Assembly (NCBI GenBank): GCA_030248215.1 | Contig: JASANG010001737.1 | Location: 677,309 to 697,308 of the forward strand | Reading direction: 5' to 3' | Length of the DNA stretch: 20,000 nucleotides | Source: Enoplolaimus lenunculus | Lineage: Eukaryota | Shown here: one piece after another, positions 1 to 20,000 of the stretch | Position numbering within the stretch: the stretch's first letter is position 1 | Layout of the letters: each line of letters begins with the position of its first letter | Notes under the pieces: generated by a model | Told to the model about the DNA's origin: nothing | The model's database searches: none | The model's input: the letters and a program-made list of their open reading frames with translations, nothing else | Position numbers and translations under genes: made by a program

Positions 1-235
1 ATATTTCTGATATTTAAGAAAAAATTTCTTACATTTAAGAAATATAATTAGCAAGGTGCATTTGAAAAGTATTTCTATTATAACAGAAAAGATTTCAGAA
101 AGGTTTTGAAAAAAGTTTGAAAATAAACGTTTCCCAGTAATTTTTCGAAAAATAGTCTTAAATATCAGAAAAACTTTTCAGATTTGCCATAGAAAATACG
201 TCTCAACATAAATTCAGCAATACTTTTTTTGTGTG
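1..235. mobile_element. CAC-ended, TA-flanked MITE (family C1), truncated by the window edge
   Basis: Collinear with 12968-13216; ends ...aatacttttttttGTGTG followed by TA. Confidence 0.8.
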
Positions 236-397
236 TATGAAGCAAAAACGCTAAGCGCTATTGCACACACGTTTTTTAGCGGTTATCAAAAAGCTATTTT
301 AGAATCAAAAGCTTTTTCGATGCGAAAAGCGTTGTATTTTGGACTAATATGTTCTCACGTGAAATTTTGTCATTTTCTTTTGATGAAAAAAGCTGTA

Positions 398-779
398 CCC
401 ACATCTTGCTGATGTCAGTTTAAACTGACGCTACCGAAAAGTGTCATTCAAAGTGAAATCATTCTACAGGTGTGAACTTTTGCTTTAGATATCAAGGAAA
501 GCTATAGTTCTGTCTATTTCTAGTAAAGTTTGTGTCGATAACGTTACAGTTCCTACTAGTGGCTTTCGAACATTTTTAATGCCAAACAAGCACGGTGCTG
601 GTGATAGGAAACCAAGCAACAAATGCGCAGATGCAGCTGGCAACACAAACCCGTGCAGTAATCCAGAACAAGACATTAATGAAAGTGTTCATATAAATAG
701 AGTTGGATGAGTTTTGTAACTTCAAAGATATAAACCTTTTTTCCGCCGTCATGTTAAACTGACATCAGCAAGATATGGG
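398..779. mobile_element. MITE with ~33-bp terminal inverted repeats (CCC..GGG ends)
   Basis: cccacatcttgctgatgtcagtttaaactgacg (398-430) vs cgtcatgttaaactgacatcagcaagatatggg (747-779). Right flank TTAA, left flank TGTA; superfamily uncertain, piggyBac-like. Confidence 0.75.
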
Positions 780-862
780 TTAATCTTATAAATCAGGGAA
801 TTGGTTCTGTAATGAATGCAATTCTTATTTTCGTAAACTGAACAGAAACTTTGTGTTTTCAG

Positions 863-19065
<18,203 letters not shown>

Positions 19066-19088
19066 GTTTGTATATATTTTCTTTACAG

Positions 19089-19096
19089 GTTGCTGT

Positions 19097-19128
<32 letters not shown>

Positions 19129-19145
19129 GTTGTTGTTGTGATTCG

Positions 19146-19176
<31 letters not shown>

Positions 19177-19338
19177 AGTTGTTTGTTGTTGTTTGTTGTT
19201 TGTTGTTGTTTGTTGTTGTTGTTGTTGTTGTAGTAGTAGTAGTAGTAGTTGTTGTTGTTGTTTGTTGTTGTTTGTTGTTGTTGTTGTAGTAGTAGTAGTT
19301 GTAGTTGTTGTTGTTTGTTGTTTGTTGTTTGTTGTTGT

Positions 19339-19375
<37 letters not shown>

Positions 19376-19487
19376 AGTAGTAGTTGTTGTTGTTGTTTGT
19401 TGTTGTTTGTTGTTGTTGTTGTTGTTGTTGCAGTAGTAGTAGTAGTTGTTGTTGTTGTTGTTTGTTGTTGTTTGTTGTTGTTGTTGT
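19089..19487. repeat. Compound microsatellite (GTT)n/(GTA)n/GTTT
   Basis: ~400 bp of GTT triplets with recurring GTA runs and GTTT slips. Confidence 0.97.
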
Positions 19488-20000
19488 CACTGGTGTTAAG
19501 GAATTAAAATACACTTTACCAGGAGCGTGCAGAAATTGAATAAAACTTGAATCTGACCTGAGTGTAAAAAGTTTTCAAATTTAATTGTGTGGTAAGTTTT
19601 TGAATCGTATGTATATGGCGGCTATATTCTTGGCCTAAATATTCTCTTCCAATAAAAGTTTAAAATTTTAGGTGATCTTGTTTATTCATTTCATGTACTG
19701 TGTATACTTGTGTACAGGTTTGGGTCAGCTGCTGGTTCGAGCTTACGTTGTACAATTGCGTAATTGGTTGTTTATAAGCTTAACGCCACAACTCGATTGT
19801 GATAGGCCAGTAATTGCGGCAAAACCTGGTTGATAGTAATTTAAAAACGTACAGTAGTGTTTTCAATGGTCTTAAATTTGATTTTGTTGTGTAACATAGC
19901 AGCAATTTTTATCGTAATTTTAAGAAATTATGACTGCAAAACGGTGTAAAATGCATGAGAGAGCTGGGTGTAAACCATGGTCTGTAGTGCTGAAAATATT

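Overview
AT-rich eukaryotic (animal, probably invertebrate) genomic DNA containing an internal part of one intron-rich collagen gene on the + strand. I can trace 23 small GT-AG exons from 863 to 19065. They total 1355 nt and splice in frame to xEEI, then 146 uninterrupted Gly-X-Y triplets, an interruption NTEM, and GHQGPK. The start and stop codons lie outside the window. Exon sizes are 20, 27, 36, 45, 45, 54 x11, 45, 99, 117, 180, 45, 63 and 39 nt, which with the interruption suggests a non-fibrillar (FACIT/MACIT-like) collagen. The introns are packed with non-autonomous DNA transposons (MITEs): a GG-ended family with 8-bp TSDs (Merlin-like) carrying TTAGGC telomere-like arrays, CAC-ended TA-flanked elements, hAT-like elements, and a piggyBac-like element containing a tRNA-like cassette. 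There are also microsatellites. The supplied ORF track is essentially spurious (repeat-derived or partly overlapping exons). I see no convincing wholly new system. The most notable items are the His/Tyr-rich helix with twin GRRGD motifs, the telomere-repeat-bearing MITEs and the tRNA-like/piggyBac chimera.
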